DNA of 64,000 nt from contig CAXXIA010000001.1 of the NCBI GenBank assembly GCA_963666985.2, positions 992,001 through 1,056,000 of the forward strand. The letters are read 5' to 3'. How positions within the stretch are numbered: position 1 is the first letter of the stretch; each line of letters opens with the position of its first letter. This document shows positions 1-11,970 of the stretch, piece after piece. This DNA comes from Spirochaetia bacterium (lineage in GTDB: Bacteria; Spirochaetota; Spirochaetia; DSM-2461). Below the pieces are notes generated by a model, which was not told the DNA's origin, did no database searches, and saw only the letters and a program-made list of their open reading frames with translations. A program made the position numbers and the translations under genes.

Positions 1-978
1 AGCGTCAAACTCAAAAACGCCCATGGGCCCGTTCCAAACGACGGTTTTGGCCCCGGAGAGCAATTTCCCGATTTCCGCGACGGTTTTCGGGCCTATGTCC
101 AATGCGAGTTTTCCTTCGGGAACATTCGCGCCGTCCACAGGTTCGGGGACGGCGTTTTCGGAGAAATCGGACGCAACGACATGATCCAAGGGAAGAAGAA
201 CCTTAACGCCTTGGGCTTCGGCTTTCTTGAGGAAATCCCGAGCCGTATCGGCGAAATCATCCTCAACGAGAGATTTTCCGACGCTTTTTCCCTGTACCTT
301 CAAAAAGGTATAGGCCATTCCGCCGCCGATTACGAATGCGTCGGCTTTATCAAGAAGCGACTCCAATACGGCGATCTTTGAAGAAACTTTTGCGCCGCCG
401 ATAATGGCGACAAACGGCTTTTCGGGATTTTCCAGGACTTTATCGAAAAAGGCGCATTCCTTTTCCATCAACAGACCGGCGGCAGAAGGAAGGAGTCTCG
501 CCAAACCTTCCGTTGAAGCATGAGCCCTGTGGGCGGCGCCGAATGCGTCGTTCACGTATAAATCGCCCAACCGGGCCAATTTGGCGCTGAAATCAGGATC
601 GTTCTTGGTCTCCTCGGCGTAAAAGCGTGTGTTCTCAAGAAGAAGAATTCCGCCGGGTTTGAGCGACTTGGCCAAGGCTTCCACTTCAGGCCCCACGACA
701 TCCGGTGCCATAACGACATCCGCACCGATAAGCTCGGCCAGATGATCTCGAAGCTGAGACATGCTGAATTCGGGTTTCTTTTCACCGTCGGGTCGGCCGA
801 GGTGGCTCATTACGATGAGAGACGCGCCTCTGTCGAGGAGATTTTTCAGGGTGGGCAAGGCGCTCCTCATCCTGGTATCGTCGGTAATTTTCCCATTTTT
901 CAAAGGAACGTTGAAATCGACGCGCACCAGGACGCGCTTTCCCTTGGGATCCAGATCTTTAATCGTCTTGACGGCCAC
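1..978 (-). CDS. pgk: Phosphoglycerate kinase (3' end runs off the window)
   Basis: Not in the ORF track; read manually. GTG at 976-978 after AAGGAG; N-terminus (M)[25 protein letters not shown], and [12 protein letters not shown] at the window edge; follows gap. Confidence 0.95.
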   Translation of the reverse strand, partial: MAVKTIKDLDPKGKRVLVRVDFNVPLKNGKITDDTRMRSALPTLKNLLDRGASLIVMSHLGRPDGEKKPEFSMSQLRDHLAELIGADVVMAPDVVGPEVEALAKSLKPGGILLLENTRFYAEETKNDPDFSAKLARLGDLYVNDAFGAAHRAHASTEGLARLLPSAAGLLMEKECAFFDKVLENPEKPFVAIIGGAKVSSKIAVLESLLDKADAFVIGGGMAYTFLKVQGKSVGKSLVEDDFADTARDFLKKAEAQGVKVLLPLDHVVASDFSENAVPEPVDGANVPEGKLALDIGPKTVAEIGKLLSGAKTVVWNGPMGVFEFDA

Positions 979-1031
979 TTAAGTCTCCTTCTTGTTTATT
1001 TTATTCAATTTAATCGAAACAATCCGTTTGA

Positions 1032-2033
1032 TCAGGCAAGTTTCTGAGCCAGATCGACAACTCGGGTTGAATATCCGAATTCATTATCGTACCAGGAGAG
1101 AACCTTAACAAAGCCATTTTCCATGACCATTGTCGCCCCCCCGTCGAAAATCGAGGAATGAGGATTCCCCTTTACATCGGAAGAAACAATGGGATCTTCC
1201 GTATATTCCAGTATTCCTTTAAGCGGTCCTTCCGCAGCGGCTTTCAGTGCGGAATTCACGTCTTCAACGCCGACTGGTTTCTTTAATTTAACGACTAAGT
1301 CGACAATCGATCCGGTCGGTACGGGAACACGCATCGCCATTCCGTTCAGCTTGCCGTTGAGCTCCGGAATCACTTTGCCGACGGCGGCGGCCGCCCCCGT
1401 TGTTGTCGGAATGATGTTCAATCCGGCGGCTCTGGCGCGGCGAAGATCCGAATGCGGCAAATCAAGAATAACTTGATCATTGGTATATGCATGAACGGTT
1501 GTCATGAATCCCTGTTCGATTCCGAAAGCGTCATTCAGCACTTTTGCCACCGGAGCAAGACAATTTGTCGTGCAGCTTGCATTGGAAAAAGCCTCGCCCG
1601 CCGAATCGAGCGCATCATCATTAACACCGAGCACAATGGTTTGATCGATTTCATCTTTGGCGGGAACCGTTAAAATGACTTTTTTCGCACCGGCTTTAAT
1701 ATGATCCTTATATCCGCCTTTCGGTCCCTGAGCGGTTCTGAAAATGCCGGTTGATTCAATAACGACATCCACGCCCAATTCGGCCCAGGGAAGTTCGGCG
1801 GGATTTCTTTCCGCCAAAATTTTCACTTCTTGATCTTCAACGATTAACGAGCCTTCTTTCACCTCGACGTTCCGAGCATAGACACCGAATGTCGAATCAT
1901 ACTTGAGCAAATGGGCCAGTGTCGCCGGATCGGTGATATCATTGACCGCCACGATATCGATGCCCGGACGTTCAAAGGCAATTTTAAACACATTTCGACC
2001 GATGCGGCCGAAACCGTTAATGGCGATTTTCAT
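1032..2033 (-). CDS. gap: Type I glyceraldehyde-3-phosphate dehydrogenase
   Basis: [13 protein letters not shown], catalytic [16 protein letters not shown]; start trimmed to ATG 2033. Confidence 0.97.
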   Translation of the reverse strand: MKIAINGFGRIGRNVFKIAFERPGIDIVAVNDITDPATLAHLLKYDSTFGVYARNVEVKEGSLIVEDQEVKILAERNPAELPWAELGVDVVIESTGIFRTAQGPKGGYKDHIKAGAKKVILTVPAKDEIDQTIVLGVNDDALDSAGEAFSNASCTTNCLAPVAKVLNDAFGIEQGFMTTVHAYTNDQVILDLPHSDLRRARAAGLNIIPTTTGAAAAVGKVIPELNGKLNGMAMRVPVPTGSIVDLVVKLKKPVGVEDVNSALKAAAEGPLKGILEYTEDPIVSSDVKGNPHSSIFDGGATMVMENGFVKVLSWYDNEFGYSTRVVDLAQKLA

Positions 2034-2069
2034 GATTCCCCCCGATAGAAAAGAGCCTGTTTCGCGTAA

Positions 2070-2098
2070 AATATAGGTATTATCCGTCTTCATGACAA
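2070..2098 (-). promoter_or_regulatory. Putative sigma70 promoter of gap-pgk
   Basis: TTGTCA-17 nt-TATATT on the minus strand. Confidence 0.65.
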
Positions 2099-2124
2099 GA
2101 AGACTTGCTTCTCTACCGGCTTTG

Positions 2125-4191
2125 CTATGGAACCGACAGAAGTCTGTTTCTGAAAGCCGGATCTAAAAGCGAATCGGTTTCGGCCGATTCGGGCGGCGGA
2201 AGGTGAAAAACTTCATCGCCCGCCGCGACAAAATTAAAATCCCCCGCTTTCTCGAACTCGGCTTCACACAGAGATTCGGATACGCGGTTTATCGTTGCCG
2301 TACCGAGGTAATCTCTAAGTGAATATTCTATTCCGTTTTCCACGCTGCCGGGACGGCCTTTCCCTTTTTTCAGAACCAGAAGCGGCTCCTCGGTTTCTTC
2401 TTCGGCTTCCGAACCGGCTCTTACGCCGTACCAACGGCCTTTATCCAATAAGATGCGATTTCCGTCGATTGCGAGAATCCTCATTTTATCGGGCAGGGCC
2501 GATTCAATTTCCATCACAGTTTGAGAAAAAGCGTCACCAACCATTCCCCGGCCAGTACGGAGTTCGCCGAATCGGCCCATCAATTCACCCGTTCTGGAAA
2601 GATAAAGATCGGCCGCGACGCCGAAACTGCGTTCGGTTTCAAAAAAATCGACCAAAATGAAGTAATCCGATTTTCCTCTGGATATTCGGAACGCTTCGGC
2701 AAAAGAAGAAACAGTTCCGATTTCCAAACCGAAACCGCCGTCGGGATCTATAATCCGCAGCCGCGGCGACATATCGGCGGCATCCGCGAAAAAATACCCC
2801 AGTGTCGGCGCGGCACCGGCATGGTAAGGCAGGGATTGTTCCTGTTCATTGACAAATACGGTGACATTCCAGGAGGAGGGTTCTTCTTTCCACGGATCGT
2901 CTTCATACCCCCAATCGGCCGCAACTCCGTCACGCCGGGAATGATTTAAAAGAGAAATTTTCCTGCGAATCCCCGAAGAATCCGCGCCCGCCCCTTCAAG
3001 TTCAATCAGAGCTCCCTTCAGAGCGTCGCGGTACTTTTCGGGGAATCCCATTTTTCTGATAAGTTCCGCGTAGGTAATCCAGATATCCGCATCGGTTCCG
3101 TCGATCAGCCGTGCCCGGCGATATTCAGCAAGGGCTCTTTTATAAAAAAAGTTTTCTTCATAGCGTCGGCCCGCGCTGATATGCCACGAAGATGCGTCTT
3201 GTCTGTAGTTCTCAAAGCCGCTGGTTGTTCGGACAAGGTATTCTTCGCGGAACATCCGCGCAATTTCATCGTCGGGACGCATTGAAATAATCCGTTCCAT
3301 AACGGCTTGCGCCTTTTTCTCGTCACCGGTGGCCCGAGAAGCTCTGGCCAAAAGGAAAAGGGCTCCGGTATCGACATCCCGTTCCACACCTTTTAAGTTT
3401 TCCAGCGCGGCTTGAGGATTTCCCATTTTGAGCGCGATGGAAGCGTTCAGCATCGCCACCCTGCGGTATCGGGGATCCTCGGGGCCTTCGATCATGGATA
3501 TGATCCGTTTGAGGTGTTCGGCCGACTTTTCCCATTCATTATAAAGTGAGTAATGTTCGGCCGCTAAAATCCGAACGTAATAATCGTTCGGGAAAAGACG
3601 CAGAGCTTCCAGGAGAACGGGTTCCGACTTTTCACGATCCAAAGACTCGTCGTACAGCAGAACCAGATGCATAAGAACTCTTTTATTTCCCGGAGAGTAC
3701 CGAAGGCTCCTGTCGAACGTGCGCTCAGCCAGTTCCTTTTGACCGTTGATGGCATAGTATTCGGCAAGTCCCCTGTTCGCTTCGGCATCATGCGGCCTTT
3801 TATTCAGGATGTCCCGGTAGATTTCGGCCGCTTCCTCATCGCGTCCCAAAGCAACAAGTATCCGAGCTTCAAGGAGGGAGAGTTCCCGATTTCCCGGAGC
3901 ATAAACATGAGCTGTTTCGACTTCACGGTAAGCTTCGTTGTATTCGGTCAGAAGGAAATAAGCTTCGATCATTCCAAGCCGTGCTTCCAGATAGGCCGGA
4001 TTTGAATTCAAAGCGGATCGAAACGAATGGACCGCCTCGTGAAGATCACCCGAAGCGAGGGCTTCTCTTCCCCCCTCGTAATAAGATCGAGCGTCCTGAG
4101 CGGAGGCCGTTTCCAAAGCGATAAAAAAAATAAACACGAAAAATATCAAGAAGATGGAATATCCGACTTTTAAAGAGCCTCTTGATATCAT
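2125..4191 (-). CDS. Exported tetratricopeptide-repeat protein
   Basis: Hydrophobic N-terminus ending ASA-Q, multiple TPR-like helical repeats; ATGA overlap with the upstream gene. Confidence 0.8.
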   Translation of the reverse strand: MISRGSLKVGYSIFLIFFVFIFFIALETASAQDARSYYEGGREALASGDLHEAVHSFRSALNSNPAYLEARLGMIEAYFLLTEYNEAYREVETAHVYAPGNRELSLLEARILVALGRDEEAAEIYRDILNKRPHDAEANRGLAEYYAINGQKELAERTFDRSLRYSPGNKRVLMHLVLLYDESLDREKSEPVLLEALRLFPNDYYVRILAAEHYSLYNEWEKSAEHLKRIISMIEGPEDPRYRRVAMLNASIALKMGNPQAALENLKGVERDVDTGALFLLARASRATGDEKKAQAVMERIISMRPDDEIARMFREEYLVRTTSGFENYRQDASSWHISAGRRYEENFFYKRALAEYRRARLIDGTDADIWITYAELIRKMGFPEKYRDALKGALIELEGAGADSSGIRRKISLLNHSRRDGVAADWGYEDDPWKEEPSSWNVTVFVNEQEQSLPYHAGAAPTLGYFFADAADMSPRLRIIDPDGGFGLEIGTVSSFAEAFRISRGKSDYFILVDFFETERSFGVAADLYLSRTGELMGRFGELRTGRGMVGDAFSQTVMEIESALPDKMRILAIDGNRILLDKGRWYGVRAGSEAEEETEEPLLVLKKGKGRPGSVENGIEYSLRDYLGTATINRVSESLCEAEFEKAGDFNFVAAGDEVFHLPPPESAETDSLLDPAFRNRLLSVP

Positions 4192-4970
4192 TCAATTCCC
4201 TTTTTCTTAACCACCTTAACCTGCCGGATCTTATGACCGTCGACAGATTGGATGACAAACTCGTATCCGTTCCATTCGGTTTTTTCATACCTTCCGGGGA
4301 TTTTCCCGAAAAGATCAAAGACGAAACCGCCCAGAGTATCGAAATCCTCATCCGGAATACTGGTTTGCAGCTCTTCATTCAAATCTTCAAGATTGATTCG
4401 AGCATCGCAGATCCATTCTCCATCGCCGGCGGGAACGATTTCTTCAAGCTCATTGTCGAATTCATCCTGTATATCACCGACGATTTCCTCAAGAATATCT
4501 TCCATGGAAATAATTCCGGAGACTCCGCCGTATTCGTCTACGGCAACGGCGATATGAACGCGCCTTTGCTTCATTTCGCGAAGCAGAGAATCGATTTTCA
4601 TGCTTTCGGGAACAAAATAGGCCGGTCGGAGAACATCGGGAATGGATACCGCATCACCACTGATCAGCGATTTCAGCAGATCCTTCACATAAAGAATCCC
4701 AACGACGTTATCGATGGTTTCCCGATACACGGGGAATCGCGAATGTCCCGTATCCATCTGCTTTGCAAACGATCCGTCGATCTTTGCCGCTTCATCGACG
4801 AAGATCGTATCGATCCTGGGAATCATCACTTCCTTAACCGTCGTATCCGAAAGCTCGACAATTCCGCGGACCATGCCTTTGCCTTCGGCGTCAAGACTTT
4901 CAAGATCTTCCGTTTCTATAGGATCGCTATCCTTTTTGGATGGATGGAACAATTTCTTCAATATGGTCAT
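4188..4970 (-). CDS. corC: HlyC/CorC family CBS-domain protein (hemolysin C-like)
   Basis: VKEVMIPR, GHSRFPVY, VDEYGGVSG..EDILEEIVGDIQDEFD, C-terminal CorC domain (DTLGG). Confidence 0.9.
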   Translation of the reverse strand: MTILKKLFHPSKKDSDPIETEDLESLDAEGKGMVRGIVELSDTTVKEVMIPRIDTIFVDEAAKIDGSFAKQMDTGHSRFPVYRETIDNVVGILYVKDLLKSLISGDAVSIPDVLRPAYFVPESMKIDSLLREMKQRRVHIAVAVDEYGGVSGIISMEDILEEIVGDIQDEFDNELEEIVPAGDGEWICDARINLEDLNEELQTSIPDEDFDTLGGFVFDLFGKIPGRYEKTEWNGYEFVIQSVDGHKIRQVKVVKKKGIE

Positions 4971-4983
4971 CAGTCGTCGATTT

Positions 4984-5436
4984 TCACCTTAAACTTCCGG
5001 CATCGGCCAGAAGATCCTCTTGGAGTTTCAACATTCCTTCTCCGTAATCATCACCATGATGGTCCATCCCTTTCAAGTGCAGAATCCCGTGAACAACGAC
5101 TCTGCGTAATTCTTCTTCAAATGGAGTATTCCATTCCCCGGCATGAGCCTTTACGGTCTCGATTGAAATAATAATGTCTCCCGCTTCTTTCGGGACACCC
5201 GGCACCAAGGGGATTTCTTCTCCTTCGTCCTGAACAAATGATAACACATCCGTCGTCTTATCCATCCCCCTCCAGCGGCGATTATACTCCCTTATACCTC
5301 GGTCGTCGGTAAAAAGAAGACCCATCTGCCAGTCTTCGACACCGATTTTCTTCAGAATTTTTTCGGCATATTCGGCAATCAGTTCAATCTCCGGAGGAAC
5401 ATCTTCCGCTTCAACCAGAAGCTCAACATTGTTCAT
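4984..5436 (-). CDS. ybeY: rRNA maturation RNase YbeY
   Basis: TDVLSF, GDIIIS, HGILHLKGMDH metal motif. Confidence 0.95.
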   Translation of the reverse strand: MNNVELLVEAEDVPPEIELIAEYAEKILKKIGVEDWQMGLLFTDDRGIREYNRRWRGMDKTTDVLSFVQDEGEEIPLVPGVPKEAGDIIISIETVKAHAGEWNTPFEEELRRVVVHGILHLKGMDHHGDDYGEGMLKLQEDLLADAGSLR

Positions 5437-7646
5437 CCTTGAGTTCCGTCTTCATCTTTCGGATATTCTATTCGATTATGGAACTGACCCGTCAGAACAT
5501 GCACAAAGGTTGCTTTAATCGTTTCAAGATCCCTTAATGTCAGATCGCATTCGTTTAATTCGCCCATTCTGAACCTTTCCATAATAAGATCCCAAACATA
5601 TTTTTCAAGTTTCGCCGCCGTCGGTTTCTTCAAGGTTCTGGTTGCCGCTTCGGCCGAGTCGGCGAGCATCACCACCGCCGCTTCGCGGCTTCCGGGTTTG
5701 GGACCTCCGTAAGAGAAATCTTCGGGAGATACCGATTCGCCGCCCTTCTCCTTAAGAGCCCTGTCATAGAAATAACGAATCACACTGGTACCGTGGTGCT
5801 GTTCGATAACCTGAAGAACTTCATCAGGGAGTCTGAGTTCCCGCCCTTTTTCAAGGCCGATTTTCACGTGAGATTTTATAACCGCTACCGAAAGAGAGGC
5901 TTTAAGATCATCATGCTTGTTTTCACCGGACTGATTTTCAACGAAAAAATGAGGCTGATCCACTTTCCCGATATCATGGTAATACGCGCCTACCCTTGCG
6001 AGCAGACCGTCAGCGCCTATGGCGTCGCATGCGGCCTCGGCCAAATGCGCGACATTCTGGGAATGGATATACGTACCGGGCGCTTGAAGCCGCATTCTCT
6101 TCAATATCGATACATTCTGGTCCGAGAGTTCAATAAGCCGGAATGTCGTCGCCGTATTCAGAACATGTTCGAGAAGAGGCAGGAACGCAAGACTGAGGAT
6201 ACCGGTTAAAAGGCCGTTAAGCGCCGCTCCCGACGAGAGGATGAGAGTACGCTTGATGGGAATTCGAAAAAAGATTCCCGTAAACAGGGTAAAAAAAGCC
6301 ATAATTATCGCCAGTCTGGGCCCCGCCCTCAAAAGGCCCATCCGCGTCTCGCGTCTTTTAACGGACAATGTTCCGCCGATACCGGCCGCAAGCGTAATCA
6401 GAAACGCATAACTGCTCTGAGGATTCAAGAAGTACAGCAGCAAAGCCATGAGAATCGATGTAAGAACCGCCATTTTCCTGTTTTGAAGCAGCTGGGCCAG
6501 CAGCAGTGTAAAGAGAGAGGTTGGAAGAACGATTGAGACATCCCAATTCCCGTGGAAAGGGACGAAATTGACGACAACGGCGGTTACCAAGATATACGTT
6601 CCCGCCAAGGCGATATACAGCCAAAGCGCTTTGGGATTATTCAATACAATTCCGAAATTCACGGCGCCGACAAGACCGAGCACAAAGATAACGGCCATGA
6701 ACAGCAACGGGTCAAGAAATCCGTGGATTCCGGTATTTCTTCTCTCTTTGAGAGCCGAAATTATGCCCGCCTCTTTGGAGGTTACGACTCTTCCCGCCGA
6801 AAGGAGCTTTGTTCCCGAAGAAACCTTAACAACAACCGGTTCGGTTCCTTCTTCAGCCTCATTTTTACTTTGAATGGAAAGAGCCTCATTATAAAATCCG
6901 TTCGGTTCGAAAAAATAAGATACCAGCGCACCGGCGAATTCGCTTTCGTCGGTCGGAAGAGACTTAATGGTATCCATCTGGCTGAGGATTTGGGGAACTT
7001 TATCCGGCTCAACAACCGCATCGCGAATTACCGTTACGCGATGTCCGGATAAAGATCCGGGATAAACGACTTCAATAACTCCCGATGCTCCGCCGTCGCC
7101 CGAATGGAGTTTGAATATTCCGCCGAGCTGAAGAACTTCCAGCGCGTTTCGAGATTTCGAAAGTAAAGCTTTCAGCTTTTCCGTATCTCTGTAAAGTTCC
7201 AAATCAAGAAGCCCCGTCATCGCTCCGGGGAATTCCGTTCTGAGTTCATCCATCAATTCGGTGGGAAGCCGTTTTTCCGCGGCGGTTTCCAGAAAGGCGG
7301 AGAAGCGGTCAAACCTGTCCAAAACGGAATCCGTAATTTCCTTCTGCACTTCATAAACCGGAGGTGTAAGGCTTCTGTTCAGATTGACGACTTTTTCGGT
7401 TGCCTCTTCATCAACGAAAACAAGATCTTCCTCAACATAGAAATCTTCTTCGGCGATATCGCCTTCTTCGTATCCGTATGCTTTCTGTCTTGAGAAAAAA
7501 AGCCCGGCCTGGTTGATAAGGATAAGCAGCAAAGAGGCAATAAGCCATCCGGCGAGAATGAAAATCCATTCACGCCGGCCGAGCGGCCTGAAGGAACCTC
7601 TGCTTTCGCCTTCCTCTCTTAAACTACGGATTTCTTTGGTAGGCAT
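5433..7646 (-). CDS. 7TM-HDIG family phosphohydrolase (PgpH-like cyclic-di-AMP phosphodiesterase)
   Basis: Extracellular domain, about 7 TM helices, APGTYIHS, YHDIGK, FVENQ, HHGT, MLADSAEAA; canonical phoH-7TM/HD-ybeY context. Confidence 0.88.
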   Translation of the reverse strand: MPTKEIRSLREEGESRGSFRPLGRREWIFILAGWLIASLLLILINQAGLFFSRQKAYGYEEGDIAEEDFYVEEDLVFVDEEATEKVVNLNRSLTPPVYEVQKEITDSVLDRFDRFSAFLETAAEKRLPTELMDELRTEFPGAMTGLLDLELYRDTEKLKALLSKSRNALEVLQLGGIFKLHSGDGGASGVIEVVYPGSLSGHRVTVIRDAVVEPDKVPQILSQMDTIKSLPTDESEFAGALVSYFFEPNGFYNEALSIQSKNEAEEGTEPVVVKVSSGTKLLSAGRVVTSKEAGIISALKERRNTGIHGFLDPLLFMAVIFVLGLVGAVNFGIVLNNPKALWLYIALAGTYILVTAVVVNFVPFHGNWDVSIVLPTSLFTLLLAQLLQNRKMAVLTSILMALLLYFLNPQSSYAFLITLAAGIGGTLSVKRRETRMGLLRAGPRLAIIMAFFTLFTGIFFRIPIKRTLILSSGAALNGLLTGILSLAFLPLLEHVLNTATTFRLIELSDQNVSILKRMRLQAPGTYIHSQNVAHLAEAACDAIGADGLLARVGAYYHDIGKVDQPHFFVENQSGENKHDDLKASLSVAVIKSHVKIGLEKGRELRLPDEVLQVIEQHHGTSVIRYFYDRALKEKGGESVSPEDFSYGGPKPGSREAAVVMLADSAEAATRTLKKPTAAKLEKYVWDLIMERFRMGELNECDLTLRDLETIKATFVHVLTGQFHNRIEYPKDEDGTQG

Positions 7647-8577
7647 CGATAATCTTCTTTACCAACGGATGACGGACAACATCGTCCGATGTAAATTCCG
7701 TTACGGATATATCTTCGATCGGCTTTAAAATCCTGACCGCTTCGGCCAGACCCGATCGTTCGGGAATCGGAAGATCAACCTGAGTTAAATCACCGGTAAC
7801 CACCGCTTTTGATCCTTCTCCGATACGCGTTAAGAACATCTTCATTTGTTCTCTTGTGGTATTTTGCGCTTCATCCAGCAGTATAAAACAATTTTTCAGA
7901 CTGCGTCCGCGCATATAGGCCAGCGGAGCGACTTCTATCTGCCCGTTGTTTCTGAGGCGTTCGATAAGATCCGGTTCGATAAGATCCTCCATGGCATCAT
8001 AAAGAGGCCGAAGATAAGGGGCCAGCTTCTGAGTTAAGTCGCCGGGTAGAAAACCGAGATTTTCACCCGTTTCCACAACAGGACGTGTCAGAATGATTTT
8101 TCGTTTCTTTCTCGAAAGAAGTTCCATCAGCGCGTAGGCGACGGCGATATAAGTCTTGCCGGTTCCCGCCGGTCCGATGCTGAAAACAAGATCCTTGGAA
8201 GACATTTGCATGATGTATTCGGCCTGAAGCCTGCTTCGAGGATTAACCTTCCTGAGCCCGCCGGGAATAACAATGATGTTTTCTCGGAAAGCCCGGATAT
8301 CGGCATCGTCGCCCGATTCCAATGAAAAAAAAATCGATCTGATCTGCTGGCTGCTGATCGAGTCTTCTTTATTCGCGATTTCCGTTAATCGATCGAGAAG
8401 ATTTTTAAAGATAAGGCGTGATTCGTCATCCGTGGAATGAAGCGATATTTCATTTCCCCTGGATCTGACGGGCGAAGAAAAAAGCGAGCTGATTTCTTCA
8501 AGGTTCTCGTCATTAGGGCCGCAAACGGCTCCCAGGAGGTGCGGATTGTCGATGACAACGGTCAGATTTGCGCTCAA
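7624..8577 (-). CDS. phoH: PhoH family ATPase
   Basis: GPAGTGKT, LTRPVVE, GFLPGD, AYMRGRSL, DEAQN, VVRHPLV. Confidence 0.95.
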   Translation of the reverse strand: MSANLTVVIDNPHLLGAVCGPNDENLEEISSLFSSPVRSRGNEISLHSTDDESRLIFKNLLDRLTEIANKEDSISSQQIRSIFFSLESGDDADIRAFRENIIVIPGGLRKVNPRSRLQAEYIMQMSSKDLVFSIGPAGTGKTYIAVAYALMELLSRKKRKIILTRPVVETGENLGFLPGDLTQKLAPYLRPLYDAMEDLIEPDLIERLRNNGQIEVAPLAYMRGRSLKNCFILLDEAQNTTREQMKMFLTRIGEGSKAVVTGDLTQVDLPIPERSGLAEAVRILKPIEDISVTEFTSDDVVRHPLVKKIIDAYQRNP

Positions 8578-8600
8578 TGACTCCTCTTTTTTTCACATTT

Positions 8601-8630
8601 AGTGTAACGATGCCTCAGCTCAATGGTCAA
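8601..8630 (-). promoter_or_regulatory. Putative sigma70 promoter of the phoH operon
   Basis: TTGACC-18 nt-TACACT, then GAGGAG before the TTG start. Confidence 0.55.
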
Positions 8631-8649
8631 GAACAGCATCTTTTAAGCA

Positions 8650-11600
8650 TTATTCGAACGAATCGACGGTCAGCTCATCATCTTCAAAGGTTGTCCGCTG
8701 GTTGAACATGGGAAGAGGATTCCACTTAAGGTAAATGCTGAACTCGGATTGCCATGTGTAATTACTCGCTCCGGATTCCAGAACGGGAGCTCCGTCGTAT
8801 TCAAAGGTCAGATCCCAATTCCTCAGATGGTGAACCAAATCCACCGAAACGCCGCTCATGTTGAATTGAGAATCCCTGCGATCCTGGGTGTTGAAGAAAT
8901 TGAATGATTTCATTAAATCACCGAAGAAATTGTATTTATGGTCAATTTCGAACATTTCTCTCCACCAGGGGAAATACAAATACATGCTTTTATTCGCGGC
9001 GGCAAAACTGATGTTTAAATCCAAAAACTTGAATATTTCCAGACTTTGCGTCCAGGTGAACGTTAAGGCATTGTCCGTCGGCTGAATCAGATTGATGTCC
9101 CAAGAAAGATCCAGAATTGTTTTTGAATTGATGCGATTTTTCCACATCGGTTTCGGCTCGAATGTTTTGTTATAGGAGAAACTTAAGGAACTGGGGGTAA
9201 AGGCCTCTCCGGAGTCAATCCAGGTATAGCTTGGAGAGCCGTCCCAAGTGTAGGTGTCGTCGTACTCGGCGACAAACGATGTTTCGAATCCCCATAATTC
9301 CAATTCGCTTTTCATTTTGGAAAATCGACTGTTTTCAGAATCATATTTAACTGTTTGCTCAACGGACATCTCGCCATCGAAACCCGTCCAGGAAACGCTT
9401 AACGACATCGGTGATATCGACCATTCCGAATCGGTAAAGGTTGCTGTCTGATCGAATCCGGCGCTCCAGCCTTTGTAGTCGTAATCCACTCCTGCGGCCA
9501 GCGTGAAACTTTCGTCCATCGGCGGAATGTTGGCGGTTGAAGAAGTTGTTATGGTGAATGAGCCGGGTTTCCATTGAAAGGACGCCGCCAAATTATGTTT
9601 TTTGAAATCATCTTCATCGGAAATCCATTCGTTTACATATTGAGGGTCGGAGACCGTGGCATCGGATGCGAACTCTCTCGAATAAAGATTGGTGTCGATG
9701 TTGTATTTCAAGTAGGAAGAGGAAAGTGAAGGAATCCCTTGAAGAGGTTTGACGCTCAGTGAAAAAGAATTATCCCAGAGAAACTTGGTATACTGCAAAT
9801 CTTCCGTCTGGGTATCCTCTTCAACATCCGGTCCGCTTCCGAAGATATGGGCATGCGTTTGATAATATCCTGAAAGGCTTGTGGTTCCGCTGATACTGGT
9901 AATTCCGTCCCAGAAATCCATATCGTAGGAAAGGTATCCCGACTGCGTCGTATTAATTTTGGCCGCTTCCATTTCGAAGTCGATATCTTCCGGATCATCC
10001 CAATCCTCGTCGTCGAACTCACTTTCCACATACAGCTGAGTATCAATACCATAATCGATGGAAGCTTCGAGGATATTCGTTTGAAAGACCGAATCAAACG
10101 AATCATGGAAAGGAACTCCCGATAAAAGATTTTTATTCTCCTTATCGGGTTCCTCGCCGGCTGGAATATCTTCTTCCTTTGTTTCCCGTTCAATCGTCCA
10201 TTGAGGGGAGCCCCCGTCGAGCGACAACTCAATTTCCGGCAAAATAAGTTTATACGGATAAAAAAAGTCCGCGGCCGGATTGTAATCGGCATCCGCCCTG
10301 TCCCAGAAGTCGCTTCCGGAATCCCTTTCCTTGCTTTTCCATGTAAGTCCCGCTTTAAAGGTGTCGAGCGAAATACCGTCCAGCCATTCGGAATCGCCGG
10401 GAACGGAGAACGAATGGCTTCCTTCCAATTCCCAGGCCATGCTTGTAACAAGATCCGGCTCATCAACGTCCGATTCTTCTTCACTCATTAAAAAGCTCAG
10501 CCAGTCGAAATTTTCCTCTCTTTGATCGAATTGTCTGATATAGGACGGATCCGAGTACCAATCCAACGCCAAAGACCATGAGTCCCATTCATAATTCGCG
10601 GAAAGTCCCCAGCGGAAAGGGATTTCAAAAGAACCGATATAACCGCTGTTCCAGTAAGACTCCGTATTTCCGGAAGAATCCTTGAAATAAACGTTTCCCT
10701 CGCTGTCGATGCTCCGGCTCATTCCTAAAGACGCGTAAAAGTCCAAGGCGCCCTTTTCTCCGATTTTAGGGAAATCACCGTAGAGTCCCGTCATGAAGCC
10801 CAAAGACGTATAGGCATCCATCATGAGTTTTAAGGTATTGTTCCCTGCCGAAGCTCCCTCGCCTGTTGCTCCCGAGCGGACCATGTAGAGCCCTTCTCTC
10901 ACTAAAGAATATTCGGGTCCGGCCGAATCACCGAATCCCAAAATCGAAAAGCCGTCGTCTTCTTCCTTCCGGCCGAGAAAATATGTTGTTGTTTGAATGT
11001 AGTATCCGGCTGATGTTCTTTGACCGATAACCGGATTAAAAAGTAAATCACTTCCCGCTTTCCAATAAAACGGGAGATAAAAAATAGGAATATGGCCGAT
11101 GTAAAGGGTCGCACTGAAAAGTCCCCATTCACCGGGGCCCGTTATCCAGATTTTGCGCGCTTTAAGCGCGAAGTCCGGATTCTCCACGTTGTGACTTGTT
11201 ATGGTTCCGTTTTCCAAGACGAGGATTTCGGCACCCGAACGCTTAATGGAATCTCCGCGGAAAAAGAAATTGATATCTTCACCGTCGACTTCCTGATTTC
11301 TTTCGGATGTTCCCTTGAAGATAACTCCCGTCCAATCGGTAACGGTAAACACCAAACTGTCGCCGGTGAATTTCTCTTCGCGTCCGCCGGTATTCACGGT
11401 GTAAACAATATTGCCCAATGCCGAAATAGTTTTTAAGGCCTGATTAAAAATCACCGTATCCGCCCGGACTCGGTGTGTTCTTCCTCTCTCGGGCTCTTCA
11501 ACCGTAAGAACGACATCTCCGGAAAGTCTGACGACGGATTCCTTATCGTTATTCGAACCGATATTCATAACCAAGTATTCACTTCGTTTCGCTGATTCGA

Positions 11601-11970
11601 TGATAACCTTGGTTCCTTTCTTCGGGCTTTCACCGTTTTCGGAGGAAGTCGAAACAACTCCGTAATAAGTCTTCAGCCGGTTTCGAAGTTCCTCATCCGA
11701 ACCGCCGCCCTCCAAACCGAGAACAAGGCACCATGCTCTCAGTTCTTCCGTTTCGGAAGTTTTTAAATCCAATAAAAGACTTTCCGAAATAAGATCGGCA
11801 CGAGATTTCTTCTCCGGTTCGTTTTCAATAACGGCATCCTGCGCGACAGTCGGCTTAATCAAGAATAAAAATAAAAATAATAAACCGAGTACCCGCCGAA
11901 TATTCGGCGTCTTATTCGTCGTGGGTTTCCGCGCCACCCCGACTTCCGGCGAAAACGACATTATCGTCAC
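8650..11970 (-). CDS. lptD: LptD-like outer-membrane beta-barrel protein
   Basis: Signal peptide, OstA-like N-terminal region ([25 protein letters not shown]), aromatic/acidic barrel C-terminus; position after uvrA matches spirochaete synteny as recalled. Confidence 0.75.
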   Translation of the reverse strand: MTIMSFSPEVGVARKPTTNKTPNIRRVLGLLFLFLFLIKPTVAQDAVIENEPEKKSRADLISESLLLDLKTSETEELRAWCLVLGLEGGGSDEELRNRLKTYYGVVSTSSENGESPKKGTKVIIESAKRSEYLVMNIGSNNDKESVVRLSGDVVLTVEEPERGRTHRVRADTVIFNQALKTISALGNIVYTVNTGGREEKFTGDSLVFTVTDWTGVIFKGTSERNQEVDGEDINFFFRGDSIKRSGAEILVLENGTITSHNVENPDFALKARKIWITGPGEWGLFSATLYIGHIPIFYLPFYWKAGSDLLFNPVIGQRTSAGYYIQTTTYFLGRKEEDDGFSILGFGDSAGPEYSLVREGLYMVRSGATGEGASAGNNTLKLMMDAYTSLGFMTGLYGDFPKIGEKGALDFYASLGMSRSIDSEGNVYFKDSSGNTESYWNSGYIGSFEIPFRWGLSANYEWDSWSLALDWYSDPSYIRQFDQREENFDWLSFLMSEEESDVDEPDLVTSMAWELEGSHSFSVPGDSEWLDGISLDTFKAGLTWKSKERDSGSDFWDRADADYNPAADFFYPYKLILPEIELSLDGGSPQWTIERETKEEDIPAGEEPDKENKNLLSGVPFHDSFDSVFQTNILEASIDYGIDTQLYVESEFDDEDWDDPEDIDFEMEAAKINTTQSGYLSYDMDFWDGITSISGTTSLSGYYQTHAHIFGSGPDVEEDTQTEDLQYTKFLWDNSFSLSVKPLQGIPSLSSSYLKYNIDTNLYSREFASDATVSDPQYVNEWISDEDDFKKHNLAASFQWKPGSFTITTSSTANIPPMDESFTLAAGVDYDYKGWSAGFDQTATFTDSEWSISPMSLSVSWTGFDGEMSVEQTVKYDSENSRFSKMKSELELWGFETSFVAEYDDTYTWDGSPSYTWIDSGEAFTPSSLSFSYNKTFEPKPMWKNRINSKTILDLSWDINLIQPTDNALTFTWTQSLEIFKFLDLNISFAAANKSMYLYFPWWREMFEIDHKYNFFGDLMKSFNFFNTQDRRDSQFNMSGVSVDLVHHLRNWDLTFEYDGAPVLESGASNYTWQSEFSIYLKWNPLPMFNQRTTFEDDELTVDSFE

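Noticed and set aside
4182..5171. 329-aa plus-strand ORF and similar long antisense ORFs (18413, 14094, 57194, 60744)
   Set aside because: Shadows of well-supported minus-strand genes, with no recognisable motifs.
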